Under the pieces are notes generated by a model. That model was not told the DNA's origin, ran no database searches, and worked only from the letters and a program-made list of their open reading frames with translations. The translations under genes and the position numbers were made by a program. This document shows, in pieces, positions 13,787 to 23,040 of a stretch of 24,000 nucleotides of DNA (within the stretch, counting starts at the first letter, position 1; each line of letters begins with the position of its first letter). Origin of the DNA: Oscillospiraceae bacterium (GTDB lineage: Bacteria; Bacillota; Clostridia; Oscillospirales; Oscillospiraceae); assembly GCA_902790375.1 (NCBI GenBank), contig CADARY010000049.1, positions 5,963 to 29,962 of the forward strand, given 5' to 3'.

Positions 13787-15284
13787 GCTTCTGGATGCGG
13801 CGGTCCAGGGCATGGCCGCCGTCCTGCGCGCCCATGCCGAAGACGGTGACGTTGTTGAGGGACTGCTTTTTGGCGCGCAGCTTCTCGATCTCGCTCTTCT
13901 TCACGAGATAGCCCGTGACGCGCACCACGTCGTTATTTTCAAGATACCCTGAGAAGTAACGCAGGCCGCGTTCCAGCGACGCCTGGATGATCGGCAGAAC
14001 CGCCTCGGGGGTCTTGGCCCAGGTCTCCTCAAACTTGAAGATATCGCCGGTGCCGGTGGGGAAATAGGGATGGAAGATCTCATTGACCTCAAGCTGCTCA
14101 AGCATCGTGGGCTCCGCGCCGATGGGAATGCGGGTGCCGGGGGCGTCGTCCATGCCGTCGGTGTCGATGCCGACCTGGGCATGCAGGCGATAGCGGTGGC
14201 CGTAGGCTTCGCAGTAGGGGGCTTCATGTGCCCTGACGCGCGCGTCGATGGCGTCCATGATGCGCACGCCAAGCGCGGTGGCCTCCTTGTTCATGCCGAA
14301 GCCCTTCTTCTTGTCCTCGATGCCGAGAAGATAGTTGCAGCACTCCGCAAGGCCGACCACGCCGAACATGCCGGTGAAATTTTCCTGCTTGACAAAGCCC
14401 TCTGTCACGAGGAAATTCGTCTTGAAGAAGCTCGACTGCTCGACAATGAACTTTACGCGCTTGTCCATGTACTCGAGCTGCAGGTCGATGTGACGAGGCA
14501 GCTCGCGCTGCAGGAAGTCCTCCGGGCTCTTGGCGTCCAGGGCGCATTCATACAGGCGCATGCGGGGCAGAGTGTAACCGCCGCCCGCGATGTTCAGGCC
14601 GTTATAGCAGGAGGCGATGGCATAGCGCTCGCCCCACTCCCTGACGAACATACGGTGATTTGCAAAGGAGGGCTTGGCGGTCTTGAGCATGCAGCGGACG
14701 CAGGCAAGGGCAAAGTCCTCGCTGGTGCGCTCGGGATCGTATTTGAGGGTGATGTTCGGCACCGCAAGCTGCATCTCCTCAGTGAGTTCCAGCAGGAGGC
14801 GTCCGGTAACGCTGTCCTCCGGGCCGATGTCGGCATGGACAAAGGAGTCGGTCTGCACCCGGTCGATGTTCCGCAGGAAGAGGCCCAGCACCTTCTTGGC
14901 GTAGGCACGGTCTTCCTTGATCACAAAGGGCTCCAGCAGCTTGTCCAGATCCCCCAGATACACGGGGAAGGACGTGATGGAGGGCACGTGGCAGTAGAAG
15001 ATCTCCAGCACGTTCACCGCCTCGAGCAGATCCCTGGGCGGGTCAAGCGCCAGAAACTTGCAGCCCTTCTGAAACAGCAGCTCGTAGTCCGGGCAGATAT
15101 AACGGGGACGATAGGGCATGACGCCCTCGTTCAGGTCGCACAGCGCGCCCTTTCTCTTGGCCTCATAGTAGGCGTCGGAATAGCGCAGGGTATCGTCGGT
15201 GCTCTCGCCGAGGCGGGCCAGCGCCAGCAGCTCCTGCTTATAGGTGAGGGTCGGATCCTGAATGATTTTCAATGCTTCTGACAA
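13779..15284 (-). CDS. yjjI: YjjI-family glycine radical enzyme (DUF3029), function unknown
   Basis: There is a C-terminal glycyl-radical-type motif VVRVTGYLVK. The gene is paired with a YjjW-type activase. The preferred start is TTG 15284, 8 nt after aaaggagg (plus-strand cctcctt at 15293-15299), giving MSEALKIIQDPTL... (about 501 aa). Confidence 0.8.
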   Translation of the reverse strand: MSEALKIIQDPTLTYKQELLALARLGESTDDTLRYSDAYYEAKRKGALCDLNEGVMPYRPRYICPDYELLFQKGCKFLALDPPRDLLEAVNVLEIFYCHVPSITSFPVYLGDLDKLLEPFVIKEDRAYAKKVLGLFLRNIDRVQTDSFVHADIGPEDSVTGRLLLELTEEMQLAVPNITLKYDPERTSEDFALACVRCMLKTAKPSFANHRMFVREWGERYAIASCYNGLNIAGGGYTLPRMRLYECALDAKSPEDFLQRELPRHIDLQLEYMDKRVKFIVEQSSFFKTNFLVTEGFVKQENFTGMFGVVGLAECCNYLLGIEDKKKGFGMNKEATALGVRIMDAIDARVRAHEAPYCEAYGHRYRLHAQVGIDTDGMDDAPGTRIPIGAEPTMLEQLEVNEIFHPYFPTGTGDIFKFEETWAKTPEAVLPIIQASLERGLRYFSGYLENNDVVRVTGYLVKKSEIEKLRAKKQSLNNVTVFGMGAQDGGHALDRRIQKHA

Positions 15285-15332
15285 GGTTGATTCCTCCTTT
15301 AATATGCCGCGAAGCCCACAGTTTTCTATTTT

Positions 15333-15361
15333 AGTTATAACAAGAAACAAGCGGATTGTCA
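15333..15361 (-). promoter_or_regulatory. Sigma-A promoter of yjjI-yjjW
   Basis: The minus strand reads TTGACA (15356-15361)-N17-TATAAC (15333-15338). Confidence 0.65.
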
Positions 15362-15369
15362 ATCGGACG

Positions 15370-15401
15370 AAAAAACCACCGACCGGAGTCGGTGGTTTTT
15401 T
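15370..15401 (-). terminator. Rho-independent (bidirectional-looking) terminator after rplQ
   Basis: aaaaaa-ccaccgac (15376-15383), loop cgga, gtcggtgg (15388-15395)-tttttt. Confidence 0.85.
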
Positions 15402-15413
15402 CGTTTATACGAA

Positions 15414-15755
15414 TCAGACGAGCTCGATCACAGCGACCTCGGCTGCGTCGCCGCGGCGGGCGCCGATGCGGGTGATGCGGGTGTAGCCGCCGTTGCGGTC
15501 GGCATACTTGGGTGCGATCTCGTCAAAGACCTTCTTGGCCACGTCTTCGCGGGTGATGAACGCCAGCGCCTGACGATAGGCGGCCAGGTCCTTCGCCTTG
15601 CCGAGAGTGATCATCTTCTCGGCCAGGGGCGCAATCTCCTTGCAGCGGGTGACGGTGGTCTCCATGCGGCCGGTGGCCAGGAAATCGGTCACCTGCTGAC
15701 GGAGCATCGCCATGCGCTGGGAAGTGGTCTTGCCGAGTTTTCTTGTACCAGGCAT
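15414..15755 (-). CDS. rplQ: 50S ribosomal protein L17
   Basis: [22 protein letters not shown]... and ...RNGGYTRI. It is the last gene after rpoA, the conserved position. Confidence 0.95.
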   Translation of the reverse strand: MPGTRKLGKTTSQRMAMLRQQVTDFLATGRMETTVTRCKEIAPLAEKMITLGKAKDLAAYRQALAFITREDVAKKVFDEIAPKYADRNGGYTRITRIGARRGDAAEVAVIELV

Positions 15756-15795
15756 AATATCGTTTCCTCCTAATTTGAGAGCTTACAGGTTGCGT

Positions 15796-16746
15796 TTACT
15801 GATTGTCGTCGCTGGCAAGGGACAGACCCATCATGGTGAGCTTGTGCTCAACCTCCTCCAGGGACTTGCGGCCAAGGTTGCGGACCTTGATCATCTCGTC
15901 CTGGGTCTTGCTTACCAGATCCTCAACCGTGTTGATGTTTGCGCGCTTGAGGCAGTTGAAGCTTCTCACAGACAGATCCAGCTCTTCGATGGTCATCTTG
16001 AGCATGGTGTCGGGCTCCTTCTCGACCTTCTCAACAACGGTGGAGTTGCTGCCGATCGTATCGGAGAGATTGGTGAAAAGCGTAAAGTGGTCGCAGAGGA
16101 TCTTCGCGCCCAAAGAGACGGCGTCCCTTGCGGTCATGGTCTTATCCGTCCAGACCTCGATGGTCAGCTTGTCGAAGTCGGTCTGATTGCCGACACGGGT
16201 GTTTTCCACCGTATAGTTGACCTTGAGTACCGGCGTATAGATCGAGTCGACAGGAATGGTGCCGATGGGCATCTGGGGGTTCTTGTTCTTGTCGGCGGAG
16301 ACATAGCCTCTGCCGTGGTCAAGAACGAGCTCCATGCTCAGTGCGCCGTCGGGGCCGAGTGTCGCGATGGGCTGCTCGGGGTTGAGGATTTCCACCTCCG
16401 CGTCGGGCTTGATGTCGCCGGCGGTGACAAGGCCCTCGCCGGAGGCCTCAATGTACACGGTCTTGGGGCCGGTGCTGTGGAGGCGGGCGATGATGCTCTT
16501 GACATTGAGCACGATCTCCGTCACATCCTCCTTGACGCCGGGGATGGTGGAAAACTCATGCTGAACACCGGCGATCTTGATGCTGGTGCATGCGATGCCG
16601 GGGAGGGAAGAGAGGAGTACCCTGCGAAGAGAGTTACCAAGCGTAGTGCCGTAGCCGCGCTCCAGAGGCTCGATGATATATTTGCCATACGAGCTGTCTG
16701 CAGGTGTTTCAATGCACTCGATACGCGGCTTCTTAATTTCGATCAT
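15796..16746 (-). CDS. rpoA: DNA-directed RNA polymerase subunit alpha
   Basis: 316 aa with a full-length NTD and CTD ([20 protein letters not shown]; [17 protein letters not shown]). Confidence 0.97.
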   Translation of the reverse strand: MIEIKKPRIECIETPADSSYGKYIIEPLERGYGTTLGNSLRRVLLSSLPGIACTSIKIAGVQHEFSTIPGVKEDVTEIVLNVKSIIARLHSTGPKTVYIEASGEGLVTAGDIKPDAEVEILNPEQPIATLGPDGALSMELVLDHGRGYVSADKNKNPQMPIGTIPVDSIYTPVLKVNYTVENTRVGNQTDFDKLTIEVWTDKTMTARDAVSLGAKILCDHFTLFTNLSDTIGSNSTVVEKVEKEPDTMLKMTIEELDLSVRSFNCLKRANINTVEDLVSKTQDEMIKVRNLGRKSLEEVEHKLTMMGLSLASDDNQ

Positions 16747-16826
16747 ATAATTATATAACCCTCCTTATAAGATTGCCCCACAAAGGGCTGCGGTGATTCA
16801 GCTTACCAATTTGAGGGTATCTGTCA

Positions 16827-17426
16827 TTACTTGGAGTACAACTCGACGATAAGACGCTCTTCAACGGGCAGATCGATATCTTCTCTGGTGGGGGCGGCGA
16901 CAACCTTGCCGACCATATTGTTTGCGTCGAACTCAAGCCACTTGGGGATGACGTGATAAGCATTTGCCTCGAGATTGACCTTGAAGCGCTCGATGCTGCG
17001 GCTGCTCTCCCTGAGGGCGATGACCATACCGGGCTTCACCTGGTAGCTGGGGATGTTGACCTTGCGGCCGTTGACGGTGAAGTGGCCGTGGTTGACCATC
17101 TGGCGCGCCTCGCGGCGGGTAGCGGCGTAGCCCAGGCGGAACACGACGTTGTCCAGGCGGTTCTCCAGCTGGAACAGGAGGTTCTCGCCGGTCTTGCCGG
17201 GCATACGCTCGGCCTTCTCGTAGTAACCGCGGAACTGCTTCTCCAGCACGCCGTACACGAATTTGACCTTCTGCTTCTCCTGCAGCTGCATGGCGTACTC
17301 GGACTTTTTACGCCTAACCTGGCTGTTGGAATTTCTGGTGGTTTCCTTCTTGTAGTAGCCCATGGTGGCGGGGCTGATGCCCAGCGCCTTTGCATGCTTC
17401 GCAATGGGCTCTCTGTTCTTAGCCAT
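16827..17426 (-). CDS. rpsD: 30S ribosomal protein S4
   Basis: 199 aa with an S4 domain ([42 protein letters not shown]). Confidence 0.95.
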   Translation of the reverse strand: MAKNREPIAKHAKALGISPATMGYYKKETTRNSNSQVRRKKSEYAMQLQEKQKVKFVYGVLEKQFRGYYEKAERMPGKTGENLLFQLENRLDNVVFRLGYAATRREARQMVNHGHFTVNGRKVNIPSYQVKPGMVIALRESSRSIERFKVNLEANAYHVIPKWLEFDANNMVGKVVAAPTREDIDLPVEERLIVELYSK

Positions 17427-17444
17427 TAGTCTATCCTCCCTTTC

Positions 17445-17817
17445 TTATACACGACGACGTTTCGGAGGACGGCAGCCATTGTGAGGAATGGGGGTGACAT
17501 CCTTGATCATCGTAACCTCGAGACCGGCGGTCTGGAGGGCGCGGATGGCGGCCTCACGGCCCGAGCCGGGGCCCTTGACAAAGACCTCGACGGGCGGCCG
17601 TCTCAGCTGCGGTCTGCGCGGCAAAGGGAGTGGACTTCTTGCTTCCGCGGAAGCCCAGGCCACCGGCGGAGGCCCAGGAAATAGCGTTGCCCTGGGTATC
17701 GGTCACCGTGACCATGGTGTTGTTGAAGGAAGAGCTGATATGAACCTGGCCCTTTTCAATGTTCTTACGCTCTCTTCTGCGGGTTCTGACTTTCTTTTTC
17801 GCGTTATTTGCTGCCAT
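17445..17817 (-). pseudogene. rpsK: 30S ribosomal protein S11, disrupted: about 10 internal codons missing plus a frameshift
   Basis: The N-terminal 75 aa (...[14 protein letters not shown]) read in the frame of ORF 17554-17817. The C-terminal 48 aa ([20 protein letters not shown]...[11 protein letters not shown]) read in the frame of ORF 17445-17663. The two halves are joined by a single nt at 17592. Compared with B. subtilis S11 as recalled, the K..IEHGLKT-type segment is absent, about 29 nt. Confidence 0.85.
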
Positions 17818-17832
17818 TGCTCATATCCCTCC

Positions 17833-18201
17833 TTACTTCTTCTTATTCGCGATGGTGCGTTTCGGACCCTTGCGGGTACGGGCATTGGTCTTGGAGCGCT
17901 GGCCGCGCACGGGCAGGCCGCGGCGGTGGCGCAGGCCGCGATAGCAGCCGATCTCGGTCAGGCGCTTGATGTCGAGCGCGGTCTGACGGCGCAGATCGCC
18001 TTCCACGATGTAGTTGTGGTCGATGCACTCACGCAGCTTGGCCTCTTCCTCGTCGGTGAGGTCCTTGACTCTGGTGTCGGGGTTGATCCCGGTCATCTCC
18101 AGGATCTTGTTTGCGCTGGTTCTGCCAATGCCGTAGACGTAGGTGAGACCGATTTCGATTCTCTTGTCCTTGGGCAGGTCAACGCCGGCTATACGTGCCA
18201 T
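17833..18201 (-). CDS. rpsM: 30S ribosomal protein S13
   Basis: [34 protein letters not shown]...; full length at 122 aa. Confidence 0.97.
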   Translation of the reverse strand: MARIAGVDLPKDKRIEIGLTYVYGIGRTSANKILEMTGINPDTRVKDLTDEEEAKLRECIDHNYIVEGDLRRQTALDIKRLTEIGCYRGLRHRRGLPVRGQRSKTNARTRKGPKRTIANKKK

Positions 18202-18446
18202 ACTAATTGATCATCCTTTCGAATTTTTTCCGCATTGATACGACGCGGGGACTTATTCCCGCCGGAGGGAGCCTCCGTGTCCATGCGGGATGAGTGTATA
18301 AGGACAGGATTTCTTTTATAATCCGTGTCGCTGAAGTTGATGTGAGGCATGCGCCTCGGGGACGCTTGCAGAGCGTGGAGTGCGGAGCCGAGGCAGAGGC
18401 GGATGCGCTCCTTCCCTGCGCTCTTCACTCTCAGCGCTGTTCTGCT
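18202..18446 (-). other. Unusually long (245 nt) structured rpmJ-rpsM spacer; candidate cis-regulatory leader
   Basis: No convincing ORF. Just upstream of the rpsM RBS is a three-way junction: ccgcat (18230-18235)/atgcgg (18283-18288) encloses gcggg/cccgc (18245-18262) and cggagg/cctccg (18263-18277). Further nested helices occur in 18330-18440. Confidence 0.4.
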
Positions 18447-18560
18447 TTAACCCTGTCTCTGCTTGTGCTTGGGGTTCTCGCAGATGACCATGACTTTGCC
18501 CTTGCGCTTGATGATCTTGCACTTTTCGCACATGGGCTTCACGGAAGGTCTGACTTTCAT
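18447..18560 (-). CDS. rpmJ: 50S ribosomal protein L36 (untracked, 37 aa)
   Basis: My own translation: [40 protein letters not shown] ggagg lies upstream. Confidence 0.95.
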   Translation of the reverse strand: MKVRPSVKPMCEKCKIIKRKGKVMVICENPKHKQRQG

Positions 18561-18572
18561 TTGTTATACCTC

Positions 18573-18791
18573 CTACTTGCTTCTCCACACGATGCGGCCG
18601 CGGGTGATGTCATAGGGAGACATCTGCACCGTGACCTTGTCGCCGGGAAGGATCCTGATAAAGTTCATCCGGAGCTTTCCGGAAATATGGGCAAGGATAA
18701 TGTGGCCTTTGCCGATATCCACTTTGAACATGGTGTTGGGCAGAGACTCGACGACCGTGCCCTCAAGTTCGATTACATCGTCTTTTGCCAA
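18573..18791 (-). CDS. infA: Translation initiation factor IF-1
   Basis: [70 protein letters not shown]. Confidence 0.97.
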   Translation of the reverse strand: MAKDDVIELEGTVVESLPNTMFKVDIGKGHIILAHISGKLRMNFIRILPGDKVTVQMSPYDITRGRIVWRSK

Positions 18792-18813
18792 AGGTGATTC
18801 CTCCCAAGTCTCA

Positions 18814-19590
18814 TCAAATATCGTCTGCCATTGTAAGGATCTCCGGCTCGCCGTCGGTGATCAGAATGGTGTTTTCGTAGTGGGCTGCGAGAGAGCGATC
18901 CCGGCTGACGACGGTCCATCCGTCGCTGAGGATCTCCACATGCCAGTCGCCCGCGCAGACCATGGGCTCCACGCAGATGGTCATGCCCTTTACCAGGCGC
19001 GGATTCGGTCTTCCCCGCTCGGCGCGGTAATTGGGCACCTCGGGCGCTTCATGCATGCTGCGGCCTATGCCGTGGCCAACAAAGTCGCGCACCACGGAAA
19101 AGCCGTTTCCTTCCACGTACTCCTGTACCGCCGCCCCGATGTCGGAGATGCGGTAGCCGACCTTTGCAAAGCGGATGCCCTCAAAGAAGGCCTGGCGCGT
19201 GACCTCGATCAGCTTTTTGGCTTCCTCGCTCACCTCGCCGCAGGGATAGGTCCCCGCGCAGTCGCCCACGAAGCCCTTGTAGGTGGCGCAGAGATCAATG
19301 GAGACAATGTCGCCGTTTTTCACTGTGCGCCTGCCGGGGATGCCGTGGATAACCTGCTCGTTCACCGAGACGCAGGTGGCGGCCGGAAAACCGGCGTAAC
19401 CGAGGCAGCTTGGCTTTGCGCCGTTTTTTACAATGAACTCATGCACCGCCTTGTCGATCTGCCGGGTGGTCAACCCATCCCGCACAGCCTGGCGGCCCAT
19501 GGATCTTGCGCCGGCCGCGATTAAAGCGGCCTGACGCATGATCTCGATTTCTGATTTGGACTTGATATAGATTGTGTCGGACATGCTCAA
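18814..19590 (-). CDS. map: Type I methionine aminopeptidase
   Basis: MetAP metal-ligand context (VHGIP, DIVSIDL, FVGHGIG, EPMV). It occupies the conserved adk-map-infA position. The start is either TTG 19590, overlapping the adk stop, or ATG 19584. Confidence 0.93.
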   Translation of the reverse strand: MSMSDTIYIKSKSEIEIMRQAALIAAGARSMGRQAVRDGLTTRQIDKAVHEFIVKNGAKPSCLGYAGFPAATCVSVNEQVIHGIPGRRTVKNGDIVSIDLCATYKGFVGDCAGTYPCGEVSEEAKKLIEVTRQAFFEGIRFAKVGYRISDIGAAVQEYVEGNGFSVVRDFVGHGIGRSMHEAPEVPNYRAERGRPNPRLVKGMTICVEPMVCAGDWHVEILSDGWTVVSRDRSLAAHYENTILITDGEPEILTMADDI

Positions 19591-20219
19591 ATACCGAGAG
19601 CTTCCCGGATCGCGGCCGTGGTGGTCTCGATGGTAGGCTGGTTCTGCACCTCACGGAGCTTGCCGCGCTCGGCGTAGAAGGCCTTGAGCGGCTCGGTCTC
19701 CTGATGGTAGGTGCGCAGACGGTTCTTGACGGTTTCGGGCGCGTCATCCTTGCGGATGGTGAGCTCGCCGCCGCAGAAATCGCACTTGCCTTCGACCTTG
19801 GGGGGATTGTTCTCCACGTGGAAGGTAGCGCTGCAGTCCTTGCAGGTCCTGCGGCCGGACATGCGCTTTACAATCACCTCGTCCTCCACCTCGATGGAGA
19901 GGGCGCAGTCGATCTCGATGCCCATGTCCTCCATGGTCCGGGCCTGGGGAATGGTGCGGGGAACGCCGTCGAGAATATAGCCGTTGGAGCAGTCCGGCTC
20001 TGCGAGGCGCTCCCGGATGATGCCGATGATGACCTCATCCGGGACGAGCTGACCGGACTCCACATAGCTTTTGGCCTTGAGGCCGACTTCCGTGCCGGCC
20101 TTCATGGCGGCGCGGAGGATATTGCCGGTGGAGATGGTGGGGATCCCCAGGAGCTTCGAGAGGATCTCCGCCTGTGTTCCTTTTCCTGCGCCGGGGGCGC
20201 CAAGGAGGATCAGTCTCAT
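19587..20219 (-). CDS. adk: Adenylate kinase (Zn-lid type)
   Basis: P-loop GAPGAGKGTQ. The lid cysteines are CKDC...CDFC. Confidence 0.97.
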   Translation of the reverse strand: MRLILLGAPGAGKGTQAEILSKLLGIPTISTGNILRAAMKAGTEVGLKAKSYVESGQLVPDEVIIGIIRERLAEPDCSNGYILDGVPRTIPQARTMEDMGIEIDCALSIEVEDEVIVKRMSGRRTCKDCSATFHVENNPPKVEGKCDFCGGELTIRKDDAPETVKNRLRTYHQETEPLKAFYAERGKLREVQNQPTIETTTAAIREALGI

Positions 20220-20234
20220 GCTGCGCTCCTTTCC

Positions 20235-21521
20235 TTAGTCAAGGAAGCCCTTGTAGTTCCGCATGAGCATCTGGGCCTCGAGAGCGCGGATGGTCTCAAG
20301 CGCAACACCGACAACGATGATGATGGAGGTGCCGCCGAGGGACAGGCCCGTCAGCGCGGCCGCGTTGGAGAAGTGCGAGATGAGGATCGGGGTCACGGCG
20401 ATGACGCCGAGGTACAGCGCGCCGAAGAGGGTGATCTTGTTGAGCACCTTCTGGATGAACTCGCTGGTCGGCTTGCCGGGACGGAAGCCGGGGATATAGC
20501 CGCCGTTCTTCTTCAGGTTGTTGGCAACCTCCACGGGGTTGAACTGAATGGTGGAGTAGAAGTAAGCGAAGAAGATGATGAGCAGCAGATAGATGATGGC
20601 GTAGGGGATGGAGTTGGTGCCGAACCAGGTGTTGACCCAGCCGCTCGTCTTGCCGGTGAAGGCCGCGATGGTTGCGGGAACAGAGGCAATGGACTGTGCG
20701 AAGATGATCGGCATAACGCCGGACATGTTCACCTTCATGGGCAGGTAGGTGCTCTGGCCGCCGTACATCTTGCGGCCCACCACGCGCTTGGCGTACTGGA
20801 CGGGAATGCGGCGCTCGGCGTCGTTCACGTAAACGATCAGGATTACGATTGCGAGAGCTCCGAGGAACATCAGCACGGCGACCCACCACTGGAGCTGGCC
20901 GCGGATGATGTTGGTGATGGTGGTGATGATGGCGGTGGGGAAGCGGGAGATGATGCTGGCAAACAGGATCATGGAGATGCCGTTGCCAATACCGAACTCG
21001 GTGATCTGCTCGCCCAGCCACATGATCAGTGCGGAGCCGGAGGTGAAGGTCAGGACGATGACGATCGCCGCCCAGATGTTGCCGTTGGCCTCAGGCTTGA
21101 GCAGGCCGTAGTTCCTGATCAGCATGAAGAAGCCAAAGCCCTGCAGCAGGCCGATGGCAACGGTGGCGTAACGGGTGATGGAGGCGATCTTCTTGCGGCC
21201 TTCCTCGCCCTCTTCCTTGCTCATGCGCTCAAGAGCCGGGATGGCAATGCACAGCAGCTGAATAATGATGCTGGCATTGATGTACGGCTGAATGGACAGA
21301 GCAAAGATCGTGGCCTGGGAGAACGCGCCGCCGGACATGACGTTCAGCAGCCCCAGCACGGTGTTCTGCAGGGAAGCAAAGTAGGCCTGCAGCGCGTCAA
21401 CATTGACATAAGGGACAGGGATGGCGTTGCCGAGACGGTAGAGCGCCAGGATCAGCAGCGTGAAGAGGATCTTCTTGCGCAGCTCCTCGATCCGCCATGC
21501 ATTCTTTAATGTCTGAAGCAC
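20235..21521 (-). CDS. secY: Preprotein translocase subunit SecY
   Basis: 428 aa with 10 TM segments in the typical pattern. The GTG start immediately follows the rplO stop, with agaggtgg upstream. Confidence 0.96.
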   Translation of the reverse strand: MLQTLKNAWRIEELRKKILFTLLILALYRLGNAIPVPYVNVDALQAYFASLQNTVLGLLNVMSGGAFSQATIFALSIQPYINASIIIQLLCIAIPALERMSKEEGEEGRKKIASITRYATVAIGLLQGFGFFMLIRNYGLLKPEANGNIWAAIVIVLTFTSGSALIMWLGEQITEFGIGNGISMILFASIISRFPTAIITTITNIIRGQLQWWVAVLMFLGALAIVILIVYVNDAERRIPVQYAKRVVGRKMYGGQSTYLPMKVNMSGVMPIIFAQSIASVPATIAAFTGKTSGWVNTWFGTNSIPYAIIYLLLIIFFAYFYSTIQFNPVEVANNLKKNGGYIPGFRPGKPTSEFIQKVLNKITLFGALYLGVIAVTPILISHFSNAAALTGLSLGGTSIIIVVGVALETIRALEAQMLMRNYKGFLD

Positions 21522-21939
21522 TTAAACCACCTCTGCCTTTCCGCCGGCCGCCTCTATCTTCTGTTTTGCGGTTTCGGAGAAAGCAGAAGCTTTTACGGTC
21601 AGCTTCTTGGTAACCTCGCCGTTGCCAAGGAACTTAATGCCGTACTTGCAGTGGGAGATGATGCCGGCGGCCTTGATGGCCTCGACGTCAACAACAGAGC
21701 CTTCCTCAAAGCGCTCCAGGACGGAGACGTTCAGGGAGTCGAGGGGCTTGGCGAAGATGTTATTGAAGCCTCTCTTGGGGATGCGGCGCGCCAGAGGCAT
21801 CTGGCCGCCTTCAAAGCCGATGCGGGTACCGCCGCCGCTGCGGGCCTTCTGGCCCTTGTGGCCGCGGCCTGCGGTCTTGCCGTTACCGGTGGCGTGGCCT
21901 CTGCCCTTGCGCGACGGGAGAAAGATCATGGATAAACAT
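21522..21939 (-). pseudogene. rplO: 50S ribosomal protein L15, N-terminal frameshift / short deletion
   Basis: ATG 21939, 7 nt after taaggaggg, encodes [10 protein letters not shown], which resembles the L15 N-terminus MKLHELKPSE. That frame stops at 21883. The rest of L15 ([28 protein letters not shown]...) is in the frame of ORF 21522-21929. The junction is near 21909-21912. About 6-7 codons plus 2 nt appear to be missing. Confidence 0.8.
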
Positions 21940-21952
21940 TCTCTGGCCCTCC

Positions 21953-22132
21953 TTATTCTTCTGTTACCTGGACGAGATAGCCGATCTTGGCGATCTTGCC
22001 GCGGGTCTGGGGATTGTCGGGCTGCAGAGTCTCGTTGCCGATCTTGTGCAGGCCGAGGGAATAGGCAGTTGCGATGTGCTTGTCGTGTCTGCCGTTGAGG
22101 CTCTTGACGAGCTTGATTCTGAGATTAGCCAT
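21953..22132 (-). CDS. rpmD: 50S ribosomal protein L30 (untracked, 59 aa)
   Basis: My own translation: [62 protein letters not shown] aaggaggg lies upstream. Confidence 0.93.
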   Translation of the reverse strand: MANLRIKLVKSLNGRHDKHIATAYSLGLHKIGNETLQPDNPQTRGKIAKIGYLVQVTEE

Positions 22133-22144
22133 CTTTCGCCCTCC

Positions 22145-22672
22145 TTAGCCCTGAACGTCTTCAGGATTCTTGCCTCTGACGGCGGCCACCTGCTGGGCGT
22201 TGCGCAGAGACTTGAGGCCCTCCATCGTGGCGGCGACCACGTTGGCGGGGTTGTTGGTGCGCAGGCACTTGGTACGGATGTTGGAGATGCCTGCCGCCTC
22301 GACGACCGCACGCACAGCGCCGCCGGCGATAACGCCGGTGCCTTCGGGGGCCGGCTTGAGCAGCACGCGGCCAGCACCGAACGCGCCGATGACCTCATGG
22401 GGAATGGTGGTACCCTGGAGGGTGACGGTGACGATATTCTTCTTGGCATCCTCGAGGCCCTTGCGGATCGCCTCGGAGACTTCGTTGGCCTTGCCCATGC
22501 CGAAGCCGACACGGCCCTTGCCGTCGCCGACGACGCAGAGCGCGGAGAACTTCGCCACGCGGCCACCCTTGACGGTCTTGCTGACGCGGTTGAGGGAAAC
22601 TACCTTCTCGATGAACTCAGAGGGAGCCTCTTCCTTATTGCGGCGATCCCGTCTGTCATTGTTGTAAGCCAT
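22145..22672 (-). CDS. rpsE: 30S ribosomal protein S5
   Basis: 175 aa, full length ([39 protein letters not shown]...). Confidence 0.97.
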   Translation of the reverse strand: MAYNNDRRDRRNKEEAPSEFIEKVVSLNRVSKTVKGGRVAKFSALCVVGDGKGRVGFGMGKANEVSEAIRKGLEDAKKNIVTVTLQGTTIPHEVIGAFGAGRVLLKPAPEGTGVIAGGAVRAVVEAAGISNIRTKCLRTNNPANVVAATMEGLKSLRNAQQVAAVRGKNPEDVQG

Positions 22673-22692
22673 GATTTCGTTATCCCCCTTCC

Positions 22693-23040
22693 TTAGAACT
22701 TCAGGCCGCCCTCGCGGGCGCCTTCTGCCAGTGCCTGGACGCGGCCGTGATAAATGTAGCCGCCGCGGTCAAACACGACTTCTTCAATGCCCTTCTTGAG
22801 GGCGCGCTCGGCGATCATGGCGCCGACCTTCTTTGCAGCCTCGACGTTGCCGCCGTTGCCGCCGAAGCCCTTCTCAACGCTGGAGGCGGACACGAGCGTG
22901 TTGCCTGCCACGTCGTCGATGATCTGGGCATAGATGTTGCACTCGCTGCGGAATACGCTCAGGCGGGGTCTCTCGGGGGTACCGGAGATCTTGCCGCGTA
23001 CTCTCTGATGGCGCTTGATGCGCTGGCCTCTGGTATCGGG
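22693..23040 (-). CDS. rplR: 50S ribosomal protein L18 portion of a fused L6-L18 ORF (first ~4 codons missing)
   Basis: [43 protein letters not shown]...[23 protein letters not shown] aligns to L18 from about residue 5. It has no start codon or RBS of its own. Confidence 0.8.
   Translation of the reverse strand, partial: PDTRGQRIKRHQRVRGKISGTPERPRLSVFRSECNIYAQIIDDVAGNTLVSASSVEKGFGGNGGNVEAAKKVGAMIAERALKKGIEEVVFDRGGYIYHGRVQALAEGAREGGLKF

Noticed and set aside
18189-18428. 79-aa ORF spanning the rpmJ-rpsM spacer, plus ORF 18316-18588 overlapping rpmJ.
   Set aside because: There is no RBS. One runs into the rpsM 5' end out of frame and the other overlaps rpmJ in another frame. Their composition is not protein-like.
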